DNA of 64,000 nucleotides, from assembly GCA_043228905.1 (NCBI GenBank), contig JBHGNT010000080.1, forward strand, positions 1 through 64,000, given 5' to 3'. Shown here one piece after another: positions 24,701-37,937 of this stretch. Numbering within the stretch: the first letter of the stretch is position 1; each line of letters opens with the position of its first letter. Both the position numbers and the translations under genes were made by a program. A model generated the notes under the pieces. It had not been told where the DNA came from. It did no database searches and was given only the letters and a program-made list of their open reading frames with translations. The stretch comes from Azolla caroliniana. Lineage: Eukaryota; Plantae; Polypodiophyta.

Positions 24701-27700
24701 TGTTGAGAGACAAGCTCAACATCGGCCGGATCGGCTGAAGAAGCCGAGGACCGGATCAGTTGGGACCGATCGGTTAGGCCGAATGCGTAAACCGGTACGC
24801 AGACCGGTGCGTAGGTAGGGCAGGATCGGTGCGTAAACCGGGAGGCCGTTAGGGAAGATATTCCGTAAGGAATATATTTGGGAGTTAGTGTAGGAGCTCT
24901 TAATGAGCATTGAAGTACTGTAAGTACTTCGGTCAGTCCTTCTAGGACTTGTATAAAAGTGTTCATTGAACACACATATGTATAGAGAATGGTGAATAGA
25001 GTTTTTTGAATATAGTTCTTGTGTTTTCTCTCTATCACTCTTTCTGTCTCTCCCGCGTATACTGCGTAAGCTCAAGCTCTCCATTAAACCTGAGTTTTCT
25101 TCCTTCTGTTCGGTCTTCATACTTGCTTCCGCACGTTACTCTTTACATGGTATCAGAGCGCGAGGGTTGAGAACCTCTCTGCAGCCGACACAGCTTGACG
25201 AAGAAGAACAAGAAGAACGATGGATAGAGGCATGGTGAGCTCGCTTCCAACAGAGAAGCTCGACAGAACCAACTACGCGTCTTGGTCCTACAAGATGCAC
25301 CAGTACCTGCTCGGGCACGGCTACTGGAGTTATGTCGAAGGAGCTAATGACGCGGCACCCGAATCGACACACAAAGACTTCCCGTCGTGGGAGCAATCGG
25401 CGAGCAGGGTATTATACTGCTTCGCGTCGTGTGTGGGCCAACAACTATTGAGCTATGTTCGGGATGCAAAGACGCCGAAGGATGCGTGGGAAAATCTGAA
25501 GACTGACAAGGGAAATCGGCAGCGATCGCACTACGCCGAAGACTCCGGGAGAGCCGGAGAAGGGTCTGTCTTCGTGACGAGACACGAAGCAAACTCAATG
25601 AAACGGACCACCCCGAGATCGGACGAGGTGTGGTACGTAGACTCCGGCGCGTCAAACCACATGACGAGCCATAAGGAGTGGTTCTCGTACCTTGAAAAAC
25701 CGATACAACCTGGAGTAGTCGCAACTGGAGACGACACTCCGCATCCGATCGCGAATGTCGGAGAAGTTCCCCTTAGCCATGTCGGGCACAAAGGGAAACT
25801 CATGAACGTGCTGCACGTTCCGACAATCACGAAGAACTTGGTCTCGGTCGGACAGATCGTCGACCAAGGGATGGAGGTTTGGTTTACACACCTCGGGTGC
25901 TTCATTGAGGAAGAAGGCTGTGTGATTGCGCAAGGGCACAGAGACGGGAGGATGTTCATCCTCGATTCCACTAACGGCGGCACCGCAATGTTCGCGAAGG
26001 GACAAAAATCCGAGTCGGACATCGACTTGTGGCACAAGCGGATAGGCCACGTCAACTACCAGCGGCTTCAAGATCTGCAATCGAAATAGGTAGTATTCGG
26101 ATTGCCCAAATTTAGTGGCCGAAAGGCACAAATTTGTGAAGCCTGCCAGCTCGGGAAGCAACACCGACTTCCTTTCCCCAACGAGCGAAACCGGAGCCAG
26201 AACAAGCTCAACCTTATACACTCCGATGTATGGGGGCCGGCACAAAACGTTAGTCTTGGCGGGAGCCGATATTTCGTCTCCTTCATCGACGACCACACGC
26301 GGCACACGTGGATCTACCTCATTGAGAGGAAGAGCGAAGTCTTCGACTGTTTCCGGGACCTCAAAGGGTTCGTGGAAACGGAAACAGGACGAAAGATCAA
26401 GTGCCTGCGGTCAGATGGCGGGAAAGAGTACTTTTCTGGTCAATTCAACGGTTATCTACAACAAATGGGAATTTGGCGCGAATTCAGTTGTAGATACACG
26501 CCAGAGCAGAACGGCGTGGCCGAGAGGAAGAATTGGTCGATTGTGGAAGCGGCACGAGCAATGCTGGAGGAGAAGAGCTTGCCCAAGTTCTACTGGGCTG
26601 AGGCAGTAAGGACCGTGGTATACATCCAGAACCGGATCGGAGACAAAGTGTCGGCGCACGAGCTATATTTCGGAACGAAGCCGAACTTGCGACACTTGAG
26701 GGTGTTCGGTAGCATTGCGTATGTGCATGTACCGAAGAAGAAAAGGAGGAAGTTGGACGGAAAGGCCGAGAAATGCATCTTGGTCGGTTACTCGGACGAG
26801 CAAAAGGGTTATATATGCTATAACCCTCGTATCAAACAAGCGCGTGTCAGCCGTGACGTTGTGTTTGACGAGTCCGCGTCCTGGTACCAGCCGCCGACTC
26901 CAATACGAGCTCTGACGATGAGGTCAAAGAGGCCGAGATGCCTCCGGATGAGCCCGAAATCGAGACCCGCGAAGAGAGTCCGATTTCACTCCGTTTAAGT
27001 GGACCAAGTGGACCGATTGGACGACTGAGTCAGTACGACCAATCCGATGAAGAGCCAGCGAGTAGTGGAGACTCGGTCGTGCATTCCCTGCGCAGGAAGC
27101 CGAGGAGACGGCTTACGCGCAAAGAGAAAGGGAAGAAGAAGGTGTCGGATTCCGGCACGGATAGGAACGAGTCAGACCGACGCGAGTCCGACTCCGAGGG
27201 AACCGGTGACGGGTCTTTAAAGGTGAAGTCCGCGTCGACCGAGAAGGCCTCGACATCGGCTAATGTGAGATTACGCCGATCTACCCGCCAGAAGAACCCT
27301 GTTTTGCGGTTCGGATACAATGAGTACATGGCGCATCATTATGCGTCCATGACCCGTGTAGCGGAAGTGCGTGAGCCGGAGAGCTATGCAGAAGCGGCTA
27401 AAGACGCGAATTGGCGTGCCGCGATGGAGGAAGAGATGCACGCATTGGCAGAGAACGAGACCTGGGACCTGGTTGACGCACCAACAGGGGTAAAACCGAT
27501 CGGGTGTAGGTGGGTGTACAAGGTCAAGTACAACACCGATGGCTCGGTCAACCGGTACAAGGCTCGGCTAGTGGCAAAGGGCTACGCGCAGAAACACGGC
27601 ATCGACTACGATGAGACATTTGCGCCGGTCGCGAAAATGACGACCGTCCATGTTTTGCTCGCAGTAGCTGCGGCGAAGGGGTGGCACTTACAACAGATGG

Positions 27701-29895
27701 ATGTAGAGAATGCGTTCCTGCAAGGTGACCTTGAGGAACAAGTGTACATGGTACAGCCCCCCGGATTTCACTCCGGAACGAACTCCACGGTAGTATGCCG
27801 ACTGAAGAAGTCCCTTTACGGACTGAAGCAAGCCCCGCGTGCCTGGAACGCGAAGATCACGCAACAACTGCGTCGGATGGGCTTCGTCACGTCAAAATCG
27901 GACTCTTCCCTGTTCATCCGGAAAGGTCGACTCGAACCGGTTAGTATTTTACTATATGTTGATGACTTGGTCATCACCGGCGCCGACCTCGGTGAAATCG
28001 ACCGCGTGAAGCTCCAGCTTGCGGCATCGTTCGACATGAAGGATCTGGGGGACCTTCATTACTTCCTTGGGATCGAAGTGATCCGTACCCCCGAAGGCAT
28101 ATTGATCAGCCAACGTCATTACGTGCAGAGTATGCTCTTCAAATTCGGGATGGCCGACTGTAAGTCCGTCTCGACTTCTCTGGACAGAACCATCAAGCTT
28201 CGTCCCGATACGGGAAAGGTATGCGACCCGACGAGGTTCCGACAAATTGTCGGAAGCCTCATATACTTGACCATCACCCGACCCGACCTCAGTTATCCGG
28301 TCGGAGTGATCAGTCAGTTCATGGCGCGACCTACCGAGGAGCACCTTCAGTGTGCGCAACGCATACTTCGGTATGTCAACGGCACTAAGGACCGGGGACT
28401 GCTATATCGGACCGGTGCAGTCGCGCAGTTAGTCGGCTACACCGATGCTGATTGGGCTGGCAACGCCGCCAATCGCCGATCCAGGTCTGGATACGCGTTC
28501 TCCCTCGGGAGTGCCGCGATCGCGTGGAGCAGTAAGAAGCAGCCGACAATTGCACTGTCGAGCACCGAAGCTGAGTACCGAGGAGCGGTTGTCGCGACAT
28601 GTGAAGCCATATGGTTGAAGCGGCTACTTCAGGACCTGTAAGAGGAGGTGTCCGATCCAACGACGATCTACTGCGACAACCTCAGCAGCATTCAACTCGT
28701 GAAGAACCCCGTCTTCCACGCACGGACCAGCCACATTGAGGTGCACTACCATTTCGTCCGTGAGCGTGTCCTTTCCGGTGAAGTCGAACTTCAGTACGTT
28801 CCGACGGATCGGCAGACTGCCGACATCTTCACCAAGCCTTTTGGTTTGGACAAGTTGCGGCAACTCTCAGGTGCGCTCGTATTGCGTCACCTCGACGTGC
28901 CAAACTTGAGGGGGAGAACAGTCCCGAACGACCAAGCAAGGCAGTAGGAAAGGAGCGGAGACCGCGACACCACCAAGTCGGTTGACTCGGTTGTCGAGTT
29001 CGACTTCGGATCGGCTGAAGAAGCCGAGGGCGGACCCGCGGAAAAGTTCGGAAGAGGATAGAAGGGGAGCAACTGAAGGAGAGAGCCGAAGCCAACCACG
29101 CATGGGGAAGATGACGCCACCGAGGGCGAGAAGACCGAAGACGAGTTGGAGACAGCCAACTCGGACGAGAGCGAAAACCGATCGGAGGTAGCCGAGACGG
29201 TTCGGATGTTTGATTCAGACACGCTGAATCAACCGAGGCCCAAGCGGAAGAAAAGGCAGCAGAAGAAGCGTCAACACCGCAACAACAGAAGAGCTGATGA
29301 GGGCCACATGAGCAGACAAGCCGACCGGAAGGGTCGAAGCACGCGGAGTCAAACAGGTCGTGGAGCGCGAGCGAGGCGTGAAGCCAGGAGGAACCGGAGC
29401 TGTGAACCCGAAGATCCCGAAGAGCCTCAAGTTGAGCTTGAGGGGGAGTGTTGAGAGACAAGCTCAACATCGGCCAGATCGGCTGAAGAAGCCGAGGACC
29501 GGATCAGTTGGGACCGATCGGTTAGGCCGAATGCGTAAACCGGTACGCAGACCGGTGCGTAGGTAGGGCCGGATCGGTGCGTAAATCGGGAGGCCGTTAG
29601 GGAAGATATTCCGTGAGGAATATATTTGGGAGTTAGTGTAGGAGCTCTTAATGAGCATTGAAGTACTGTAAGTACTTCGGTCAGTCCTTCTAGGACTTGT
29701 ATAAAAGTGTTCATTGAACACACATATGTATTGAGAATGGTGAATAGAGTTTTTTGAATATAGTTCTTGTGTTTTCTCTCTATCACTCTTTCTGTCTCTC
29801 CCGCGTATACTACGTAAGCTCAAGCTCTCCATTAAACCTGAGTTTTCTTCCTTCTGTTCGGTCTTCATACTTGCTTCCGCACGTTACTCTTTACA
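24701..29895 (+). mobile_element. Element C: Ty1/Copia LTR retrotransposon inserted in B gag
   Basis: 447-bp LTRs 24701-25147 and 29449-29895 (about 6 differences), perfect TSD GTACT, tRNA-iMet PBS TGGTATCAGAGC 25148-25159, PPT GAGGGGGAG 29440-29448. Confidence 0.97.
25220..28947 (+). pseudogene. Element C gag-pol (internally deleted gag, PR, INT, RT, RNase H)
   Basis: KLDRTNYASW, WYVDSGASNHMT, WHKRIGH..CEAC, LRSDGGKEY, YKARLVAKGY, LLYVDD, YTDADWAG, ADIFTKP. Stops at 26087 and 28639, frameshift ~26900; the gag zinc knuckle is missing. Confidence 0.93.
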
Positions 29896-29989
29896 GTACT
29901 AATAGAGTGTCAGATAGTATTCATAGTACTAATAGCCCAAGTATCTCAAATAAATTTGAAATCCTTAGTCAATTAGATGAAGAGTTAAA

Positions 29990-32900
29990 CGATTGAGTCC
30001 AGCCAAAATATGAGTCGTTTGGTTGGACAACAGCCCTAGATTTGTACAACCCATTAGTGGTTCCATTCCTTCCAAGCAAGTTAGCAATGTGTTCCTAGCC
30101 CAAGTCATTGTTAGTACTAAAAGTACTCCCCCAGTACCCGTCCTAGCACTTTTAGATTCCGGAGCTAATTCCTGTTTCATGGATCGAAATTTTGCCCAAG
30201 CTTCTCAGATATCCTTAAGAAAACTTCCTTGTCCCGCATCTGTAGTAGTCATTGATGGTCGTCCCATTGCTTCCGGGAATATTGTAGAAGAATCAGAACC
30301 CATTCAAGTTGTCCTAGGTAGTTTTGTGTGTGTAATATCATTTAATATAATTAGTAGTCCAGAGCATCCCATTGTCCTAGGATTACCTTGGTTTGAATTA
30401 CATAATCCAGCCATAGATTGGAGAACAAGAGAAGTCTGATATCGACCACCCCAAGAATCAACTCACCGAGTTTCGACCATTTCACTCCATCAACTACGCG
30501 AAGAAGGACCCAAGGAGGCAATGTTCCTATTTGCAATATCAATACATCCTTCCAGCACTATTAAGAAGGACTCCTCAGTACAACTTCCAGCAAAATATCA
30601 TCCTTATGCCGATGTATTTGACAAGGTAAAAGCCGGTACCCTTCCTCATCACCGTCCCTATGACTGTCCCATCGATTTACAACCAGAAAACCGAGCCACC
30701 ATGGGGACCAATTTACAACTTGTCACCCACCGAGTTAGAAGTCCTTCGAGCCTACATAGAGGAGAACTTGGCAAGCGGGTTCATCCGTCATTCGAAATCT
30801 CTGGCCGGTGCACCCATCTTCTTTGTCAAGAAGAAAGATGGCTCACTTCGTCTCGTCGTTGATTACCGCGGATTGAATAAAGTCACCATCCGGAATAGGT
30901 ATGCACTTCCTCTTATATCAAGTCTTTTAGAGCGAGGTAATGGTGCCAAGTTTTTTACTAAAATCGACCTACGAGGAGCGTATAACCTTGTGCGGATCCG
31001 ACCGGGAGATGAATGGAAGACCGCCTTTCGCACGCGGTATGGGCATTTCGAGTATACCGTTATGCCGTTCGGCCTAACCAATGCACCCGCAGTCTTCCAA
31101 CACATGGCAAATGATATATTCAGAGACCTCTTGGATATCTGTTTGATCATCTATCTGGATGATCTATTGATTTATTCGAAGACCCAAGAAGAGCACGATT
31201 CTCATGTACTATTAGTACTAAAGCGACTCCGCGAGAATGGTCTTTATGCCAAGCTAGAAAAATGTAGCTTTGATTGCAAGCAAGTGGAATTTCTAGGCTA
31301 CGTCATCTCCTCAAAGGGCATCGCCATGGATCCAGCTAAAATCCAAACTGTACTAGAGTGGCAAATTCCACGGTCGGTACGAGATGTACAATGTTTTCTA
31401 GGTTTTGCTAACTTCTACCGTAAGTTTATACAGGATTACTCAAAGATTATTTTACCTCTCACACAACTTACGAAGAAGGGCCAAGCATTTCTTTGGTCCA
31501 TCGAAGCAGATAGGGCTTTTCGGCATCTTAAGAAAGCCTTTACATCAGCACCGATTCTAGCTCATGTGGATACAAGAAAACCATTCATCATGGAGGCCGA
31601 CGCATCAGATTTCGCCCTCGGTAGCATCCTTTCTCAACAAGGAGATAAAGAAGAGTTGCATCCGGTGGCTTTCCATTCGCGCAAATTCGATGTCGCAGAA
31701 ATCAACTACGAAATACATGACAAGGAATTATTAGCCATCGTGGATTTATTTGTGCAATGGCGGCATTTCTTAGAGGGCTCTCCACATCAGGTCATTGTCT
31801 TTAGTGATCATAAAAATCTTGCTTATTTTCAAAACGCTCGTGTACTAAATCGACAGCAAGCTCGATGGGCGCAATTCCTCACGCGTTTCGATTTCAAAAT
31901 CACATATCGACCGGGGAAGCAGCAAGGAAAAGCAGATGCACTATCACGACGTTCATATCTTGCACCTCGTCCTGGTGATGCAACATTTGATCATCAAAAG
32001 CAAGTAATCTTGGGACCAACACGATTGCACACGGCGCGGATTTTTCACACCCCGATGGATTCACGGATTACCGATGACATACGTGCAACCTTGAAAACGG
32101 ATAGTTTTGCTCAAGACATCCTGGCGCACATTGATACTTCTGGGGCATCCTGTTCTCGGTCTCAACAACCATGTATTGACTACCAACAATTCGAATATCA
32201 TGATGGTTTGTTATTCTTTAAAAAGCGCGTATATGTCCCCGATTGCTCCTGTCACCTTCAAATCGTCCAACATTGTCACAACACCCATACGACGGGACAT
32301 TTCGGTAGTACTAAGACGTTGGAGCTAGTGCAATGATCTTTTTGGTGGCCCCACATGCGCCGTTTTGTCGACGACTACGTTAGGACCTGTGATGCTTGCT
32401 GCCGAGCAAAGATGCCACGACACCATCCATATGGCTTGTTGGAACCCTTACCGATTCCAAGTAAGCCGTGGCAGTCTATTTGTCTTGATTTTATCACAGA
32501 TCTTCCGGTCTCGAAGGGGTTCGATGCTATCCTAACCATCGTCGATCGATATACGAAGATGGCACATTTTGTGCCGTGTACTAAAGCCATCACTAGCGAG
32601 GAAACCGCCGCCCTTGTTATGTGTGAGGTATTTCGGCATCATGGCCTCCCAGACAGTATCATCAGTGACCGAGGACCGCAATTTGTCTCCAAATTTTGGC
32701 AGCATCTCTTCAAGATGCTCAAGGTCTCCTGCAACCTCTCCACCGGCTACCATCCTCAGAGCGACGGGCAGGCGAAACGAACAAACCAAACGCTGGAGCA
32801 ATATCTCCGATGTTTCCTGAGTTATCAACAGGACGATTGGGCCGAGATTCTCCACTTTGCGGAGTTTGCGTATAATAATGCTATTCACTCCTCAACTCGG

Positions 32901-33563
32901 GTCTCCCCATTTTTCGCTTATACCGGTTTCCATCCTCGCTGGTCGGTGATCGACACCCCGGAGCTACCTACCAACCCTCGTGTCGAGGATCATTTGGAGA
33001 GGCTACGCAAGATCCAAATGGATCTCTCTACTCACCTTCGTCATGCTCAACACACACAGAAGACTTATGCGGATCGTCATCGGATTCCCTCCTCTTTTGC
33101 CATCGGAGATCGAGTATGGCTCTTACGTCGTCACATCAAGACTACTCGACCGTGCGACAAGTTAGATTATCGACGACTCGGTCCCTTCCGTATTACGGGT
33201 AAGATTAATGATGTCACATTCCGCCTTGATCTCTCTCCGCAGCTTCAGATACATCCGGTTTTCCATTGTTCTCTTCTTGAACCTTATAAAGCAAACACCA
33301 TTCCCGATCGTGTGACACCGCCGCCCCCGCTGGAGTTGGATGCTGGCCCGGAGTATGAAGTTGCTGCCATCCTCAATTCCAAACTTGTTCGCAAGAACCT
33401 TTATTACTTGGTCGATTGGCTCGGTTATAGTCCGAGCGAACGTACTTGGGAACCCGTCGAGCATGTTGCCAATGCACAGGATCTTCTTGCTGATTTCCAC
33501 CGAAAGTATCCGGACAAACTTGGTCCGCAATCAACGCCGACTCGTTCCACTTGTCGTCTTTAA
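29990..33563 (+). pseudogene. Element B pol (PR-RT-RH-INT-chromodomain), in the -1 frame relative to gag
   Basis: LLDSGANSCF, YLDD, EADASD..HDKELLAI, DFITDLP, SDRGPQF, chromodomain EYEVAAILNSK..YYLVDWLGYSPSERTWEP. A few stops and one frameshift. Confidence 0.93.
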
Positions 33564-33574
33564 GGGGGAGATAG

Positions 33575-34054
33575 TGTCATGATATGGCAAGACTCGAACC
33601 CATGACCTTATGCTACATGGGTCGAGCTCTTACCATTAGACTATGAATTGTAATTTGTAGGATATTATTTTCTTTTATGCTTTATCATAGAAAATTGATG
33701 TATATTCTAGATCTCTCTAGAACATTCTAGAAGCTTTAGGCTTATTCCTAGAAACACTATAAAAGGAGGCACAAGGCATTGTTTTGAACCAAATTGGTTC
33801 AACACCAATCTTAAGCCTCTTAGCCGCTTTGTACTTATCTTTCACATAATATATTAGTTGTTGTCTCTCGCTATCTCTCTCTCTCCTCTTCTCACTCCCT
33901 CTCTCGGGAGTCTTACGCAGTCCCATCCCCTTAGTACTAATAGTACTACTCTTCTTTAGTACTAATTCCATCTCTGTTTTAGTACTATTCCTGACTAATA
34001 GTACTACTCTTCTTTAGTACTAATTCCATCTCTGTTTTAGTACTATTCCTGACA
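33575..34054 (+). repeat. Element B 3' LTR (480 bp)
   Basis: Two copies of the 58-bp unit (33936-34051); about 15 substitutions versus the 5' LTR (manual count). Confidence 0.95.
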
Positions 34055-36501
34055 ACACCCCGACGACCAAGAGAAAACGGCTTTCGTCACCGAATGGGGG
34101 GTGTTTGTGGCCGTGGTGATGATGTTCGGACTCAAAACGGCACCGGCAACATTTCAACGAATCATCATGGAAATCTTTGGTGAATATATCCCGACTTTTA
34201 TGCAGGTTTTCCTTGACGATTTCGCCGTCTATAGCTGGGAGGAGGACCATTTTCAACACCTCCGTCTTTGTCTAGAAAAGTGTGTATTTGGCGTGTCCAG
34301 TGGAACCCTACTAGGACATATTGTGAGCCAGGAAGGTATTGCAGTCGACCCGGACAAAGTGAAAGCCATATTAGATGCACCGGCGCCGGCAACGGCAAAG
34401 GCATTGAGCCGGTTCTTAGGCCAGATCCGGTGGCACAGCCGGATGCTCCGATACTTGGCCGACCTGGCTACACCGTTGCATGCCGCGTTACATCTAACAC
34501 CATTCCAGTGGACCAACACCGAGGATAGGGCGTATAGGGCCCTCAAGGTACTATTGTCGCAAGCACCGGTAGTGCAGCCTCCGGATTGGAGTAAAGAATT
34601 TCATGTGTTCGTGGACGCCTTCGACATCGCAATCGGAAGCGTACTGATGCAACTTTCGGAGCCAAAGTGGTACCGGCCAGTGTACTATGCCAACCGAAAG
34701 CTATCCCAAGCGGAACAGAACTACTCTACCACGGAACGGGAAGCTCTAGGGATGATCTACAGTGTGACAAAGTTTCGGCATTATTTATTGGGAAGGAAGT
34801 TTTCCTTCCATGTAGATCATTAGGCACTCCTCTACCTGGTGTCCAAGGCGTCACTCACCGGTAAGTTGGCCCGATGGACCTTACTGTTACAGGAATTCGA
34901 GTTCGAAATATTCCACCGACCCGGTATACAGCATGCCGTAGCGGATTATTTAAGCCGATTAGAGTCCGGAGAGACGGGGGACGGAGTAGCGGACGAGTTT
35001 CCGGATGCGGAGCTGTTTCGAGTCACTACGGAAACGACAGTAGATGAGACGGTGGCACAGGAAGACAAGTGGCTCACAAATATGCACCAGTTTCTGAGTA
35101 CAGGACTGCCTCCGGAGGAGATGAATCGGGACGAAAGGAAACGCCTGGCGGTGCAAAGCCGACATTTCTGCTTACTGCGAGACACACTTTACCACAAGGG
35201 CGCGGACGGCATAGGGAGACGGGTTGTGCGAAGCGATGAAAAGGACCTCATACTGAGAGAAGCCCACTGCGGAGTTGCCGGAGGTCACTATGCCGGAGAT
35301 GCGACGGCCAGGAAAATATGGCAAAGTGGCCTATGGTGGCCAACTACATTAAGAGATGTTGTACGGTACGCAAAAGAATGTGACCTATGCCAGCGAATGG
35401 GCCAGCCAACGAAGCAGGCTCGGATGCCACACCAGCCGGTACTACCACTCGAACCATTCCAGAAGTGGGGGCTGGACTTTGTTGGACCGTTCAAACCACT
35501 GGCAATGAGAACAGGTAATCGGTATGTCATCGTCGCGATGGATTACTGCACGAAATGGGTGGAGGCCAAAGCCTTAAGAGACAACACCGCTGCTTCAACG
35601 GCAAAATTTCTATACGAATACATCTGGTGCCGTTACGGATGCCCAATCGAATTAATAAGCGACCAAGGGGGGCACTTTCTCAGACAAGTAGTTGAAAGCC
35701 TGACGACATTCTATGTCGTTGTCCATAAACAGAGCACACCGTACTATCCGCAAGCAAACGGGTTAGCTGAGTCGACCAACAAAACGCTCCAAAATATCCT
35801 CCGGAAGATCGTCAACGAAAACCGAACGGATTGGGATACCAAGCTACATAGCACGCTTTGGGCATACCGGACAACATACAAAACGAGGATCCGAACAACA
35901 CTGTTCCGGTTAGCGTTCAGACTGAAGGCGGTCATGCCGGTGGAATTCCAAGTACCAAGCTTACGGATCCAGCTACGGGAACGGCTAAACGAGAAGGAGT
36001 CGGAGGCAATACGGTTAACAGCGATGTGTGAACTCGAGGAACAACGACTGCCAAGCATCCTGTACTTAGAATTGGAACAACGGCGACGGAAAGCATTTGT
36101 CGACCGGCACAGGAAAGGAAATGAAAAAATGTTCGGAATCGGCAAGCCGGTGTTAGTATTTCAGACCCGGATGGGCAAGATGCCGGGTAAACTACGGTTT
36201 AGATGGTCCGGCCCGTATTGGATGACACGTGAGTATAATGGGTCCTACCAGTTAGGGACACTTGCCGGCGAAGTGCTAGGCAAACGGATTCAGATTGAAG
36301 CCATATAGAGGACCGATGCCCAAGAACCCATTTGAGCAAAGGACCGACACCGGATCGGGAACCGGTGCGGAAACGACAACCTGTGAGGGAAACGGCAACC
36401 ACCAAGATGGAGGAGATGGCGAGCCGGTAACTGGGGAGAATGAGGCGACGGCAAACCGTAATGAGGCCGGTAAGGGTCCGATAGGACCAATGGACAAGTA
36501 A
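34055..36501 (+). pseudogene. Element A RT (remainder)-RNase H-integrase
   Basis: VFLDDF, NYSTTEREALGM, HCGVAGGH..CDLC, WGLDFVGP, ISDQGGHF, WSGPY. Stop at 34821; small deletions near 34280 and 36283; ends after GFRLKPY. Confidence 0.92.
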
Positions 36502-37937
36502 CCTCACACTACAAAAAAAAAAAAAAAAAAAAAAAAAAGCGAAGTAATCATGCAAAAGCGAGGTATGAACGGACGAGAGAGCGAGGAGCGAAAAGGTACG
36601 TAGTGGGCATTTAAGCACCACCACAGGACATAATGCTATTTTAGGACACGACGTGCACACGCTCGAAAAAGGCGCCAGAATGCACAGAGAAAAACCACAA
36701 CGCATGGAGACCTTATACTTTCGCGAACCCAGGAGCACAGAAGCACCAAGGCGTTGGAAGATCACCAGACGAGAACCTACACACAGAGAACCCCCACTTT
36801 CTGAACTCCCTCACTCTCACTCTCATCACCATCCAACCTCACCACCACAATCCGACCTCGACACAGACATGGACCCGTAAACGCTGTCGGAAGCCGCCAA
36901 GAAATGGCTAAAGCAACATGGGCTCGAGGGCTTCTTGACGATTATGGAGGCACCACCACACAAAGAAGCCGACAAGGTGATCAAAGAAATCGACACAGAG
37001 GTCATAACGGATGAGGCGATCCGTGCGTTAACAGGCCTTCCAGAGGGAGGCATATTCACGATTGACAATCCGACCTCGGAGCAACTCATCAAGTATTTTG
37101 GTGAGTACTCCCTAGCCAGCAAGGGCTACCGGACACAGGGCGGCGGAGATATGCTATTCCGCGAGATTGCCCGTGTGCTCCACGAATACGACCATGTGTA
37201 CCCTAGACCCCCTGTCATGCCGTAGAACCGGGCAGGGATGATCATCGCCACCTATGAAGGGATCAAGGTGGATTGGCCGGTATTGATCGCAGACGGTTTG
37301 TGTGCGGCAATCGAGATCGTCAGAGGAAAAGACGGCAAAGAAGGCCGAGAAGGACGGAGGATATGGCACGCAGTAACGCAGTGGCTCACCTTGCTTCTGC
37401 CACCCGTCCAGCCCGTCCAGCCCAAGAAGCGGGGAAGAGTGGCGGACGGCACCCCAAAGACTGCTTCCAAAAGACAACAGATGTTGGCCTCTAAGGCCAC
37501 TAAGGGGAAGGCGACGGACGCAGAACAAGCGGGAAAGGAGAGCGCCTGCCGGAAGCGGCCAACGGATGCACATGAGGAACCACCGGTACGGCCCGTAAAG
37601 ATTACACTCTGCCGACCGGGGAATAGAGAAGCGGACCCCTTGGCAGCGAAACTCAATGCCGGGACTCAGGAGGAGGAAATAGAGGAGGAGCCTACGGAGC
37701 ACCTCCAGCGACGGTCATCGGCAAGGACCGTTGAGGCAGCCGGGAAACGTTCGGACCCTCAAACGGAGGGAACACCGGCTCCCCATATTGAGACTCCCAC
37801 GCCAAGGGAGGAACCGGAACCGGTGCGCATGGCACCGGAATCAGAAGCCCCTGCACCACCGGCAGCACCGGCAAGTCCCATTCTGCCAGAGCCAGAAAGG
37901 TCAATGCAGCCTCCCTCGGCCAACCAAGAAGAAGCGC

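Larger units (their letters stand above)
23639..29996 (+). pseudogene. Element B gag (split by Copia C; in-frame stops)
   Basis: KEPKIGLPVKFDG, LRQGDRPASAY, PMEID, knuckle CLYCGGPRHIAINC. The frame is continuous after removing 24701-29900; ends EELND*. Confidence 0.88.
23011..34054 (+). mobile_element. Element B: chromovirus (Tcn1-like Ty3/Gypsy) inserted in the RT of A
   Basis: LTRs 23011-23569 and 33575-34054 (TGTCA..TGACA), TSD GCACC/ACACC, PPT AAGGGGGAGATAG. Removing it restores A RT RMHPDDQEKTAF. Confidence 0.95.
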
